Assembly: GCF_018336915.1 (NCBI RefSeq)
Contig: NZ_CP064923.1
Location: 2,460,001 to 2,492,000, forward strand
Direction of reading: 5' to 3'
DNA from: Acaryochloris marina S15
GTDB taxonomy: Bacteria > Cyanobacteriota > Cyanobacteriia > Thermosynechococcales > Thermosynechococcaceae
DNA length: 32,000 nt
A program made the position numbers and the translations under genes. Within the stretch, counting starts at the first letter, position 1, and every line of letters starts with the position of its first letter. A model generated the notes under the pieces. The model searched no databases. It saw only the letters and a program-made list of their open reading frames with translations, and was not told the DNA's origin. Of this stretch, positions 18,739 through 27,403 are shown piece after piece.

Positions 18739-19659
18739 TTATTCAGGGGTTGCTGGTGCTGGATTGGGGGAGGGGTTGGGACTCGTGCTAGGAGGCTGTG
18801 AATTTGGATTGGGAGGCGCTTCTGCCGTTTCTTTGGCCGCAGCTTTAATTTGGTCTTTGTATTGGCCAGGGGCTAACTTCTCGGCTGAGTTAAAGAGAAT
18901 GCCTGCTTCTTTGGTTTTTCCTTGTTCTCTAGAGAGAATGGCTTTGGCAAAAACTGGGCGAAAATCGTTAGGGTCTTTGGCAATAAGTTTGTCGTAGACT
19001 CCAACGGCCTGATCGAACTGCTTTTGCGTGGCATAGACTTGCCCGAGCAAAAGCTGGACAGCACTTTCATTAATGCTGTTGGGCTTTACTTGATTCGCTT
19101 GTGGAGCGTTTTTAAGGGTGGTCTGCAGGAGTTCTGTGGCGGCTGAGGGGCGTTGTTGTTCTACCAATAGGCTCACAAAACCTTGGAGGGCATCCATATT
19201 GCCGGGTTCGGTGACTAAGATACTGCGATAGGTTTGAGCTGCACTTTCCCTTTTACCTGTTTTCTGCAGGGTTTGGGCGAGAAGAACTTGATATTGAGTT
19301 TGTTCTGGATTCAACTCAATTAGTTTTTCTAAGGGGTCAAGCAGATCTTTTTCGGTTTTTAGGCCGATTTTAATCATTTGACTCCGGGCTTCGGCTAAAC
19401 CGCGCAGAGCATCTGGATTGTCTGGTTCTTTTTCTAAGATTTGTAAGTAGCCGTTTTCGAGGTCTTGCAGGTTCTTTTTCTCGATGTCTGAAACGACGGG
19501 TGGCGTTGGAGTTGTGCCTGGGGTCGGAACAGTGGGTGAGGGAGAAGGGCGGGAGCTAAGGATACTGTCGAAAATCGAGCCGAAAGAAAACCCGACTAAG
19601 GCGACGACGGCAACAACGACAAAAACCCAAATGAACCAACGGTTAGACTTTTTTTGCAC
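18739..19659 (-). CDS. Membrane-anchored TPR-repeat protein with Pro-rich termini
   Basis: 306 aa. N-terminal TM (WFIWVFVVVAVVALVGFSF). Repeated TPR-like A/L/Y patterns (...ALRGLAEA..., AQTYRSIL..EPGNMDAL, LGQVYATQKQFDQAVGVYDKLIAKDPND). C-terminal PNPSPNPAPATPE. Confidence 0.8.
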   Translation of the reverse strand: MQKKSNRWFIWVFVVVAVVALVGFSFGSIFDSILSSRPSPSPTVPTPGTTPTPPVVSDIEKKNLQDLENGYLQILEKEPDNPDALRGLAEARSQMIKIGLKTEKDLLDPLEKLIELNPEQTQYQVLLAQTLQKTGKRESAAQTYRSILVTEPGNMDALQGFVSLLVEQQRPSAATELLQTTLKNAPQANQVKPNSINESAVQLLLGQVYATQKQFDQAVGVYDKLIAKDPNDFRPVFAKAILSREQGKTKEAGILFNSAEKLAPGQYKDQIKAAAKETAEAPPNPNSQPPSTSPNPSPNPAPATPE

Positions 19660-19823
19660 GGGTAGTGGTTGAACTCTCTAGCTATTATTAGGGATAGTGC
19701 TCGTAATGCAGCTTATCTCAAAGTACGAAGTTTCGGAGCAGAAAGACGTACTCTAAAGATTTCTCGTAGATTTCTGAGCATGCGTTAGGAATTTTATGCA
19801 GCGATTTGCTGGACATAAAGGCT

Positions 19824-20399
19824 ATGGGTGATCGGCATTTAGTTCTAGTGACCGGGCCAGCTCGTTCCGGTAAGAGTGAATGGGCTGAAAACCTGGCGAG
19901 TCAGTCTAATTTGTTGGTAATATATGTGGCTACGGCGGCTGACTATCCTGAAGATCAGGAATGGCAGGCTCGCATCCAAGCCCATCAGCAGCGCCGTCCT
20001 GCCGATTGGCAAACGATACATGCACCGATTGATTTGGCTGAGATCATTCAATCACAACCTGGGTCGGTGTGTTTACTGATTGACTCCTTAGGCACTTGGC
20101 TGACCAATGTTTTGGACCAGGATGCTGCACTGTGGGCAGATACTTTGCAGAAATTGTTGAAAGCTTTGGTGCAGGCTGAGGGCCAAGTTATTGTTGTCGG
20201 CGAGGAGACGGGTTGGAGTGTGGTGCCAGCGTATCCTTTGGGGAGACTATTTCGCGATCGCATGGGGGAATTGCTGCGCCAGATTGGGGCGATCTCAGAT
20301 CAAGTCTACTTAGTGTCGGCAGGTTATGCCCTAAATCTTAAAGCTTTAGGGACTTATGTTGCTCCTATGGTGCCACCTGACCATCTCAAAAGAGATTGA
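19824..20399 (+). CDS. cobU: Adenosylcobinamide kinase / adenosylcobinamide-phosphate guanylyltransferase
   Basis: The track start is TTG 19806. I prefer ATG 19824 (MGDRHLVLVTGPARSGKSEWAE = CobU/CobP P-loop). Also ...RIQAHQQRRP..W.T.E... and LLIDSLGTWL. Confidence 0.85.
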   Translation: MGDRHLVLVTGPARSGKSEWAENLASQSNLLVIYVATAADYPEDQEWQARIQAHQQRRPADWQTIHAPIDLAEIIQSQPGSVCLLIDSLGTWLTNVLDQDAALWADTLQKLLKALVQAEGQVIVVGEETGWSVVPAYPLGRLFRDRMGELLRQIGAISDQVYLVSAGYALNLKALGTYVAPMVPPDHLKRD

Positions 20400-20509
20400 C
20401 CGTAAGGTGTTGAAGTGTTTTTAGATCTGTCTCGGGACCGATGTCGCTACCCTAAAATTTGAGTTAGAGTCACCCTATCAGTGTGAGACCCAAAGAGCGT
20501 TTAAGCATT

Positions 20510-20932
20510 ATGGCTTCCCAACAACAAGTTAAAGATTATTTAGCCTCTTGGTTGCAGCTTGGTAAACCGATCCGGGTGGGTCTACAACAAGAACCCCACT
20601 CTATTTCACGAGTCGTTCTGGGTGAGCACTATAGTCCTGAGTTCGAATCTCTTTGGCGATATATCCAAAGCACTGAATCTGGAGAGTGCTGTTTGGATGG
20701 TGTTGTGCCCACGGTAGAAGATCTATTGACGGATCAATGGGAAATTACGGATTGTTCCCGCTGTCAGATGCCCGTGAGTTTGCCAGTTGCAGGCATCGCA
20801 TCCCCAGAATGTCCTTGTCATGACTTATCGAACTGGCCTAATAATGAGCTGCCCCAGCCCCGGACGCCGGTTGATAGTGCCGGGCATCTACGATCCATTT
20901 ATCATCGATTAACCCATACCTCTTCAGACTAG
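20510..20932 (+). CDS. Cys-rich hypothetical protein
   Basis: The track start is GTG 20483. ATG 20510 (MASQQQVKDYL...) is more likely. Contains ECC, CSRC and CPC clusters. No family recognised. Confidence 0.5.
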   Translation: MASQQQVKDYLASWLQLGKPIRVGLQQEPHSISRVVLGEHYSPEFESLWRYIQSTESGECCLDGVVPTVEDLLTDQWEITDCSRCQMPVSLPVAGIASPECPCHDLSNWPNNELPQPRTPVDSAGHLRSIYHRLTHTSSD

Positions 20933-20980
20933 GGCTTTGGTCGATAGGATTCTGACAGCACTCCTTGGCAATATGGAATG

Positions 20981-21244
20981 TCAATAGGGGTTGTTTTCGG
21001 TAAATTCAGACTCTTCGAACTCGGTATATCGTCTACGGCGGGATAGTCGTTTGGACCAGAGCGGGGTTGCGATCGCACCTGCCAATACGCCCATCCCAGT
21101 GGCAAACCCCAATACAATCCCCACGGGGATGGGGACAGAGCGCCAGGCTAAAAAGTGGACGGAAACCGCTGTAGCATTTTGAACAGACAAAATTGCTGCA
21201 ATAGCGATACCTAAACTAAAGAGCAGGGATAACAGCAGATGCAT
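20981..21244 (-). CDS. LapA-domain (DUF1049) small membrane protein
   Basis: The track ORF (171 aa, to 21496) would overlap the gyrA-like gene. From ATG 21244 the 87-aa product MHLLLSLLFSLGIAIAAILSVQNATAVSVHFLAWRSVPIPVGIVLGFATGMGVLAGAI...RRRR has the two-TM LapA-domain layout. Confidence 0.65.
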   Translation of the reverse strand: MHLLLSLLFSLGIAIAAILSVQNATAVSVHFLAWRSVPIPVGIVLGFATGMGVLAGAIATPLWSKRLSRRRRYTEFEESEFTENNPY

Positions 21245-21455
21245 GGTGATGAGCTTTGATGGGACTAATGTGTTCAGGGGATGGGACAACCCAGACAGAT
21301 TAAGAAATTGCGTTTTATGGACAGAGTTGAGAAAAATGGGGTTTCCATAGTACAAGTGCATTGTAGCCTGACACCTTTTCGTGGGGGTTGGGCAGAATTG
21401 GATTGCCCCCTTCCTATACCCCATTGATTTCGCCAGATCTGAAGGAACCTCACTC

Positions 21456-23924
21456 ATGTCCAACCAATTAAACCTACTCTCATCCGGTAAAGTCATCGCG
21501 ACCGCTTTGCATACCGAGATGGAGCAGTCCTACTTGGAATATGCCATGAGCGTCATTGTTGGGCGAGCGTTGCCCGACGTCCGGGATGGATTAAAACCTG
21601 TGCATCGGCGGATTCTCTATGCCATGCATGAGCTAGGATTGACGCCAGATCGCCCCTATCGTAAATGTGCCAGAGTCGTAGGCGATGTGCTGGGTAAATA
21701 CCATCCCCACGGGGATCAGGCAGTTTATGATGCCTTGGTTCGGCTGGTTCAAGATTTTTCGAGTCGGTATCCCTTGCTGGCGGGGCATGGCAACTTTGGG
21801 TCCGTGGATAACGATCCACCTGCAGCCATGCGATATACGGAAACCCGCTTGTCTCCCATTGGCAATCAGTCCCTGTTGGAGGAAATTGGCGAATCCACCG
21901 TTGAATTTGCCGCCAACTTTGATAACTCCCAGCAAGAACCCACGGTCTTACCGGCTCAACTCCCCACCCTCCTCCTCAACGGCTGTTCTGGGATTGCCGT
22001 GGGAATGGCCACCAATATTCCCCCTCACAATTTGAGTGAGATTGTTGATGCTCTGGTGGCATTGATTGATTCCCCAGAAATGACCTTAGAAAAATTGATG
22101 ACCTTGGTGCCTGGGCCAGACTTTCCCACTGGGGGAGAGATTGTTGGCAAACAGGGGATTATTGATGCCTACACCAATGGTCGAGGAAGCATCACCGTCC
22201 GGGCTGTGACCTCCATTGAGGAAGTCCAACCGGGACGAGGGCGTCATCGCCGTCCCGTGATTATTGTGACGGAACTGCCCTATCAGGTCAATAAGGCAGG
22301 CTGTATTGAAAAAATTGCCAGCTTAATTAACCAAGGCCGGATTGAGGGAATTGCAGATCTGCGCGATGAAAGCGATCGGGAAGGGATGCGAATTGTCATT
22401 GAGCTGAAGCGAGAAGCTCAACCTCCAGTTGTTTTGGAGCAGCTGTATCGGCTTACCCCTCTGCAGTCGAATTTTGGGGTGATTATGTTGGCTTTAGTCA
22501 ATGGAGTGCCCCTGCAACTGTCCTTGAAAGAGGTATTGCAAGAATTTCTCGATTTCCGAGAGCAGACGGTCACCCGCCGCTATCAAAATCAGTTAGAGCA
22601 AGCTCAAAGTCGTCAACATTTAGTCGAGGGGCTTATTAATGCTCTCGATCGTTTGGATGACTTGATCGAGATTCTTCGCCATGCCCCGGATGGAACGACG
22701 GCAAAAGTTGAACTCAAATCTCAATTCAAATTGAGTGACAGTCAGGCCGATGCGATCTTAGCAATGCCGATGCGGCGACTGACGGGGTTAGAGCAACAAA
22801 ACCTCCGACAAGAATTTGATGATCTGGCCCAAGAAATCGGCGATTTGGAGCGGTTACTGGGAAATCGTCATGAACTTCTAAAAGCCTTGAAGAAAGATCT
22901 GCGAGCCCTGAAAAAGCAATATAGCGATCCGCGACGGACCGTTATCTTGGGGGCTGCAGCTAAAACCGAGATATTAGCAGCACCGGTCAGTGACGAACCC
23001 GTCGTTGTAGAGCTGAACCAGCGGGGGTATGTTCGCTGCTTACGAGTTTCGAAGCGTAAAAGTGGATCTGCTGAATTACCAGGGGAGTTAGCCGAATTCT
23101 CGACAGATCTGACTGTTTTTCGGCAAACAGCTGAATTAACAACAGATCTGCTGTTGTTTACGGGCAGTGGGAAAGCCTTGGGGGTGAGTTTGAAATCCAT
23201 CCCATTTACATCCAGCAAAGGCAAGGGTAAACCTTTAGTCACTCTATTACCCGATTCGGGACGCGATGATGAAATTATTGCCCGTTTTCTCAGCACCGAA
23301 ATTTCAGATACCAGTCAGCTTATTCTGCTGTCTCAGCAGGGAAAAATTAAGCGTCTGCCTATGAGTGAGTTTGCCGAGATGACCAGCCGAGGCTTGGGGG
23401 CTGCCAAGATAAAATCAGGAGATCAGCTAGGCTGGGTGGTTAAAGCTGAACAGGAAACCAACGTTGCGATCGCAACGTCTTCTGGACGCCTGTTAAATAT
23501 TCCCGTTACCGAAATTCCTGAAATGGGCCGCACTGCCCAGGGTAATCAAGTATTTCGGTTACGAAAGCAGGAATCTATTGTAGGGATGGCGGCAGTTCAA
23601 GATGATGCTGATTTGCTGCTGATATCCAGTAAGGGCTACTGCAAACGGTTGCCCATTGACTTGTTGCGGTTAGGAAAGGTGGGTGATTTAGGGACCCAAG
23701 CGATGCAGTTTATGATCAAATCCGATGGACTGATAGCGCTGTTGCCTGCAAGCCCCAACCAGGATGTGATTGTCCTCAGTAACCAGGATCGAGCCGCTCG
23801 CTTGAATATTGAGACTTTACCCATGTGGGGACAGGATGGTCCGGGTACTCACCTGCTTAAAACCAAGCGAGGAGAGGCCTTGGAGAGGACTATCATCATC
23901 CCTAAGCCCGAGAATGAAGTGTAA
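21456..23924 (+). CDS. gyrA: Type IIA topoisomerase subunit A (GyrA/ParC family)
   Basis: The track starts at GTG 21381. I prefer ATG 21456 ([57 protein letters not shown]). Active-site [16 protein letters not shown]-terminal beta-pinwheel repeats. Confidence 0.9.
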   Translation: MSNQLNLLSSGKVIATALHTEMEQSYLEYAMSVIVGRALPDVRDGLKPVHRRILYAMHELGLTPDRPYRKCARVVGDVLGKYHPHGDQAVYDALVRLVQDFSSRYPLLAGHGNFGSVDNDPPAAMRYTETRLSPIGNQSLLEEIGESTVEFAANFDNSQQEPTVLPAQLPTLLLNGCSGIAVGMATNIPPHNLSEIVDALVALIDSPEMTLEKLMTLVPGPDFPTGGEIVGKQGIIDAYTNGRGSITVRAVTSIEEVQPGRGRHRRPVIIVTELPYQVNKAGCIEKIASLINQGRIEGIADLRDESDREGMRIVIELKREAQPPVVLEQLYRLTPLQSNFGVIMLALVNGVPLQLSLKEVLQEFLDFREQTVTRRYQNQLEQAQSRQHLVEGLINALDRLDDLIEILRHAPDGTTAKVELKSQFKLSDSQADAILAMPMRRLTGLEQQNLRQEFDDLAQEIGDLERLLGNRHELLKALKKDLRALKKQYSDPRRTVILGAAAKTEILAAPVSDEPVVVELNQRGYVRCLRVSKRKSGSAELPGELAEFSTDLTVFRQTAELTTDLLLFTGSGKALGVSLKSIPFTSSKGKGKPLVTLLPDSGRDDEIIARFLSTEISDTSQLILLSQQGKIKRLPMSEFAEMTSRGLGAAKIKSGDQLGWVVKAEQETNVAIATSSGRLLNIPVTEIPEMGRTAQGNQVFRLRKQESIVGMAAVQDDADLLLISSKGYCKRLPIDLLRLGKVGDLGTQAMQFMIKSDGLIALLPASPNQDVIVLSNQDRAARLNIETLPMWGQDGPGTHLLKTKRGEALERTIIIPKPENEV

Positions 23925-24052
23925 AACTTTTTGTGATGCCCTATAAATCGGGTTTCGACTGGGAACTGAGGTTCATAAAAATGGCTATTTTTCTCCTGAT
24001 GAATTATGGAAAGGATTGTCCAATATAAATCGAGCCAGTTTTAAGCGTTGTC

Positions 24053-24628
24053 ATGTCAACTATCACAGATCATTTAGATGAATTAGTTGAGCTTATAGAA
24101 GCCAAAGGAATTCAAATTAGTAACGACCTAAAGCCTGGTCTGACAAAAGAAGAGATTAACGTCAGAACAGAGGTCCTACATTTCAAAATTCCAGATGAGT
24201 TATACGAGCTTTATAGTTGGCATAATGGCCAGGATGATGAGGGTGTAATACCTCTATTTCGGGGCTCTTACTTAATTTCGTTAGAAGAAGCCCTCAATGA
24301 CTACTACACCGTTCAAACCTATAAGGAAGATCCTGAGGACGATTTCTTAAGTTATTGTTTCCCTTTTGCCCATGATGAAGGGGGCATATACGTTTTACCA
24401 ACCTCCTCACAACCCTTGTACCCAGAACTAACTCGTCCAGTTATTGATATCCATGAAGGTGTTGATGTCTTATACACAAGCTTTATCAATATGCTCGTTA
24501 CTATTAACACCTGTTTTAAGGACGGGGCATACATAATCGATCCTTGTGGCAAGTATGGACCATATGACCAAAATGATGCTTTAGAAACACAGATTATGAA
24601 GAAATTGAACCCGGGGTTATATGGTTGA
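24053..24628 (+). CDS. SMI1/KNR4 (SUKH-1) family protein, immunity-protein-like
   Basis: 191 aa. The layout ...GLTKEEINVRTEVLHFKIPDELYELYSWHNGQ... then ...FPFAHDEGGIYVL... is typical of SUKH-1 domains. The gene is visibly AT-richer than its neighbours. Confidence 0.72.
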   Translation: MSTITDHLDELVELIEAKGIQISNDLKPGLTKEEINVRTEVLHFKIPDELYELYSWHNGQDDEGVIPLFRGSYLISLEEALNDYYTVQTYKEDPEDDFLSYCFPFAHDEGGIYVLPTSSQPLYPELTRPVIDIHEGVDVLYTSFINMLVTINTCFKDGAYIIDPCGKYGPYDQNDALETQIMKKLNPGLYG

Positions 24629-24732
24629 CTGGTGAATCGTGAGAAAACTGCAGTATTAACGCTTTTTTTGATTTCATTAAAAAATCAGTATTCCTCATCG
24701 TTGTTGACCTATCCCTGAACCATCCCTGAGGT

Positions 24733-25983
24733 TTGGGTTTAACCCAGTCTGGATGCTATCGTCAGACTTTGAGACTCAAATACCCTCAATGTAATACGGG
24801 TATAACGGATACCAGCGTGAATCAAGCCCCCTCCCCATACAATTCAGCCCTCAACCAAACTGATCGCATCCAATTTCTCGTCTTTGATTTAGATGGGGTG
24901 ATTACCAGCGAACAAAAATATTGGAATACCGCTCGGTTAACGGTTTGGGAACTGATCACCCAGCCCGAATACTTGGGCTTAACGAATTATTTTGGCCCCA
25001 CTCAACCCCAACAAGTCCTTGTGAGTGGTCAACAGACCATCAACAACGACTTTATCTATGAACTCAAACGACGGGCCATCAACTCCAATTGGGATTTGAC
25101 CTACTTTGTGTTCTGCCTTCATTTAGCAGGAATCCTTCGTCAGCTCCAGCAACGGGAACCCCAAAAATGGTCTGGTCTCAACCCTGAAATTGATCTTGCC
25201 AACTCAGAACAGTGGCAGCTTTTAAGGCAAAGCTTACAAGGCTTAACCTTTGATCCCAACGAAAGTGCGGCGACGATTGCTCAATTTTGGCAGGAGACCA
25301 CTGACCTGAAAGGTTCAGCAGTTACCGAGTACGTCCGCCCCTTCTATCAAAAACACTTGGGCATTTCTTTGCCTGAGACCCACAGTGACTTGTGGAATCT
25401 GTGTTATCAAAACTTCCAGGCTTGGTATGAAGGTCGCAAAGGTTTTACGCTGCCTGATGATGAAACTGTCCTGGATGTGGAACAGATTAAGGCTATTTTG
25501 CAAACCCTTAAGGACGCCGATCGATTTACCCTTGCGATCGCAACCGGTCGCCCCCGCAACGAAGTCATCGAACCCTTAACAGCCTTGGGATTACTCTCTT
25601 TTTTCGATCCTCAGCGTATCGTTACCTATGATGAAGTGCTGGCTGCCGAAGATCAGTTGAATCCAAACTCAACTCCCATTAAATTAGGCAAGCCCCATCC
25701 CTTCGTCGTCCTTAAAGCTCTCTATGTGGATGAAGACCCTCAACTCTTTTGTACCGAGGCATTTCAACAACAAGATCGTGTTCATGCTGTCTATATCGGT
25801 GATGCTGCTAGCGATGTGGTTGCAGCCCAGCGGTCTGGATGCATTTCCGTGGGTGTCCTCACCGGATTTACGGCTAGTCGGGCTAAGTCAGAACAGGTGC
25901 AGATGTTTACGGATCTGGGTTGTGATTGCGTGATTGAAAGTATTCAAGCTTTGCCTCAAGTGTTAGGAATTGAGCCGACATGA
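24733..25983 (+). CDS. HAD-superfamily hydrolase with an unusually large cap insertion
   Basis: Motif I FDLDGVIT, motif II IATGR, motif III GKPHP, motif IV YIGDAASDV. About 200 aa lie between motifs I and II. The start is uncertain (TTG 24733 from the track, GTG 24817 also possible). The stop overlaps the next gene start by ATGA. Confidence 0.75.
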   Translation: MGLTQSGCYRQTLRLKYPQCNTGITDTSVNQAPSPYNSALNQTDRIQFLVFDLDGVITSEQKYWNTARLTVWELITQPEYLGLTNYFGPTQPQQVLVSGQQTINNDFIYELKRRAINSNWDLTYFVFCLHLAGILRQLQQREPQKWSGLNPEIDLANSEQWQLLRQSLQGLTFDPNESAATIAQFWQETTDLKGSAVTEYVRPFYQKHLGISLPETHSDLWNLCYQNFQAWYEGRKGFTLPDDETVLDVEQIKAILQTLKDADRFTLAIATGRPRNEVIEPLTALGLLSFFDPQRIVTYDEVLAAEDQLNPNSTPIKLGKPHPFVVLKALYVDEDPQLFCTEAFQQQDRVHAVYIGDAASDVVAAQRSGCISVGVLTGFTASRAKSEQVQMFTDLGCDCVIESIQALPQVLGIEPT

Positions 25984-27080
25984 CCCTAAATCTAGACACC
26001 ATTGAACAGTGGGTAAGTCCATCTATCCTTAGTCTTGCCCCTAAAACCGTGGGTCTCCAGAAAAACGACCAGGCTATTCGCTTAGATAAAGGTGAGTTGC
26101 CCTATCCTCCTTCCCCCAAAGTGGTAGATGCTATTTCCCAAGCCGCCACGACCTGTAATCGTTACCCGGCTGTTCTTGGAGGGGTTCTTCGAGATAAACT
26201 CGCTGACTACACTGGGACGTCCCCTGACCAGCTCATTATCAGCAATGGGTCCGATGACCTGATTGAGTTGATTATTAAGGTGTTTGTTCAGCCGGGGCAA
26301 CAAGTTCTTTTACCCGTGCCCACCTTTTTTGTCTATTGGCATGCGACTCAGGTGATGGGGGGGATGCCTGTCTTCGTTCAACGGACCCCTGATTTTGGCC
26401 TAGATGTGGATGCTTTGGTGGCAAAGGTTACCTCCGACACCAAAGTTTTGTATATCGCTAATCCCAATAACCCCACCGCTAATTTAGTCCCTCGCGAAAC
26501 GCTAATTGAGGTGCTCGATCGGGTGAGCTGTATGGTGGTGGTGGATGAATGCTATTTTGAGCTGTGCCAAACCACGATTGCGGATCTGGTAGACACCTAC
26601 CCCAATCTGATTGTGCTGCGTAGTCTTTCCAAGAGTTTTGGCCTGGCCGGGTTGCGCATTGGCTATGGGATTGCCAATGCGCAAGTGGTTGATTACCTCT
26701 ATCGAGCCGCCCAGTTGTTTCCTGTGAATAAAGTTGCGATCGCAGCCGGTATCGCCGCCCTCGAAGATCAGGCCTATGTTCAGGCCAATATCCAGAAAAT
26801 TTTGGCAGAGAAACCCCAGTTACAACAAGCATTAGTCACGTTAGGGTTTAGAGTCTACCCCAGCGATACCAATTTTCTATTGGTTGATACACAGCCTTTA
26901 AATCTGCAATCAGATGTTTTAGTTAAAGCCCTCCAAGACCAAAATATTTGGGTTGCCGATTTTGGTTCTAAGCCTGGGTTAGGGGCTCATTATTTCCGCA
27001 CTGCCGTGGGAACACCTACCGAAAATCAAGCATTGATTCAGGGATTGGAGGTCGCGATCGCTCAAATCTCTTCTGTGTAA
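25980..27080 (+). CDS. Histidinol-phosphate aminotransferase-family (class II) PLP enzyme
   Basis: 366 aa. ISNGSDDLIELI, ANPNNPTAN, VVVDECYFE, RSLSKSFGLAGLRIGY (PLP Lys). Deviates from typical HisC at the N-terminal NENP region (DKGELPYPPSP). Confidence 0.82.
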   Translation: MTLNLDTIEQWVSPSILSLAPKTVGLQKNDQAIRLDKGELPYPPSPKVVDAISQAATTCNRYPAVLGGVLRDKLADYTGTSPDQLIISNGSDDLIELIIKVFVQPGQQVLLPVPTFFVYWHATQVMGGMPVFVQRTPDFGLDVDALVAKVTSDTKVLYIANPNNPTANLVPRETLIEVLDRVSCMVVVDECYFELCQTTIADLVDTYPNLIVLRSLSKSFGLAGLRIGYGIANAQVVDYLYRAAQLFPVNKVAIAAGIAALEDQAYVQANIQKILAEKPQLQQALVTLGFRVYPSDTNFLLVDTQPLNLQSDVLVKALQDQNIWVADFGSKPGLGAHYFRTAVGTPTENQALIQGLEVAIAQISSV

Positions 27081-27088
27081 CGTCTTCT

Positions 27089-27102
27089 GTGATCAAGATC
27101 AC
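27089..27102. promoter_or_regulatory. GTGA-N4-GATCAC site C, fully palindromic (CRP-family-like operator candidate)
   Basis: tGTGATCAAGATCACt = TGTGA-N6-TCAC(T), a 9/10 match to the CRP-type consensus TGTGAN6TCACA. 9 bp after the aminotransferase stop and 65 bp upstream of the 27167 ORF. Confidence 0.35.
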
Positions 27103-27166
27103 TGGGAACTTCTGACCGCGTCACCCCGACAATTGAATAAACCGGGCATACTCGAAAGTGTGATGG

Positions 27167-27361
27167 GTGATGAGGTCAGCAATCGTTATGAATACCATAC
27201 AAAAACAATTCATTTTGATTTCCCATGCGGCAGCAATTACGTTGGCATTGCCCTTCTTTGGCTATTCAATTCAATGGCTGAATAATGCTAATACAATGCC
27301 TGCATCTGTGATTCATCCCAGCCATCAAATTGAAGCTCAGACGACCACCTGGATGACCTAA
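27167..27361 (+). CDS. Possible small single-pass membrane protein
   Basis: 64-aa ORF with a hydrophobic stretch (FILISHAAAITLALPFFGY). No family recognised, so coding status is uncertain. Confidence 0.3.
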   Translation: MMRSAIVMNTIQKQFILISHAAAITLALPFFGYSIQWLNNANTMPASVIHPSHQIEAQTTTWMT

Positions 27362-27403
27362 GTCAGCCCTCAGATTTACATAAGTCTCAATTTTTTTTGC
27401 GAA

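Noticed and set aside
19660-19823. Possible cobalamin riboswitch upstream of cobU
   Set aside because: No B12-box-like sequence or conserved riboswitch core is recognisable in the 160-bp leader.
21245-21496. Long form (171 aa) of the minus-strand ORF 20981..21496, and the GTG 21381 start of the gyrA-like gene
   Set aside because: The two extensions overlap each other. Only the last 87 aa of the minus ORF look like a LapA domain, and the conserved N-terminus of the gyrA-like gene begins at ATG 21456.
22868-23296. 142-aa ORF antisense to the gyrA-like C-terminal domain, and other antisense ORFs of 60-117 aa inside confident genes (for example 1569..1862, 1944..2276, 16258..16611, 26479..26832)
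   Set aside because: All lie fully inside well-supported genes on the opposite strand or in another frame, and have Arg/Ser/Pro-rich low-complexity translations typical of shadow ORFs.
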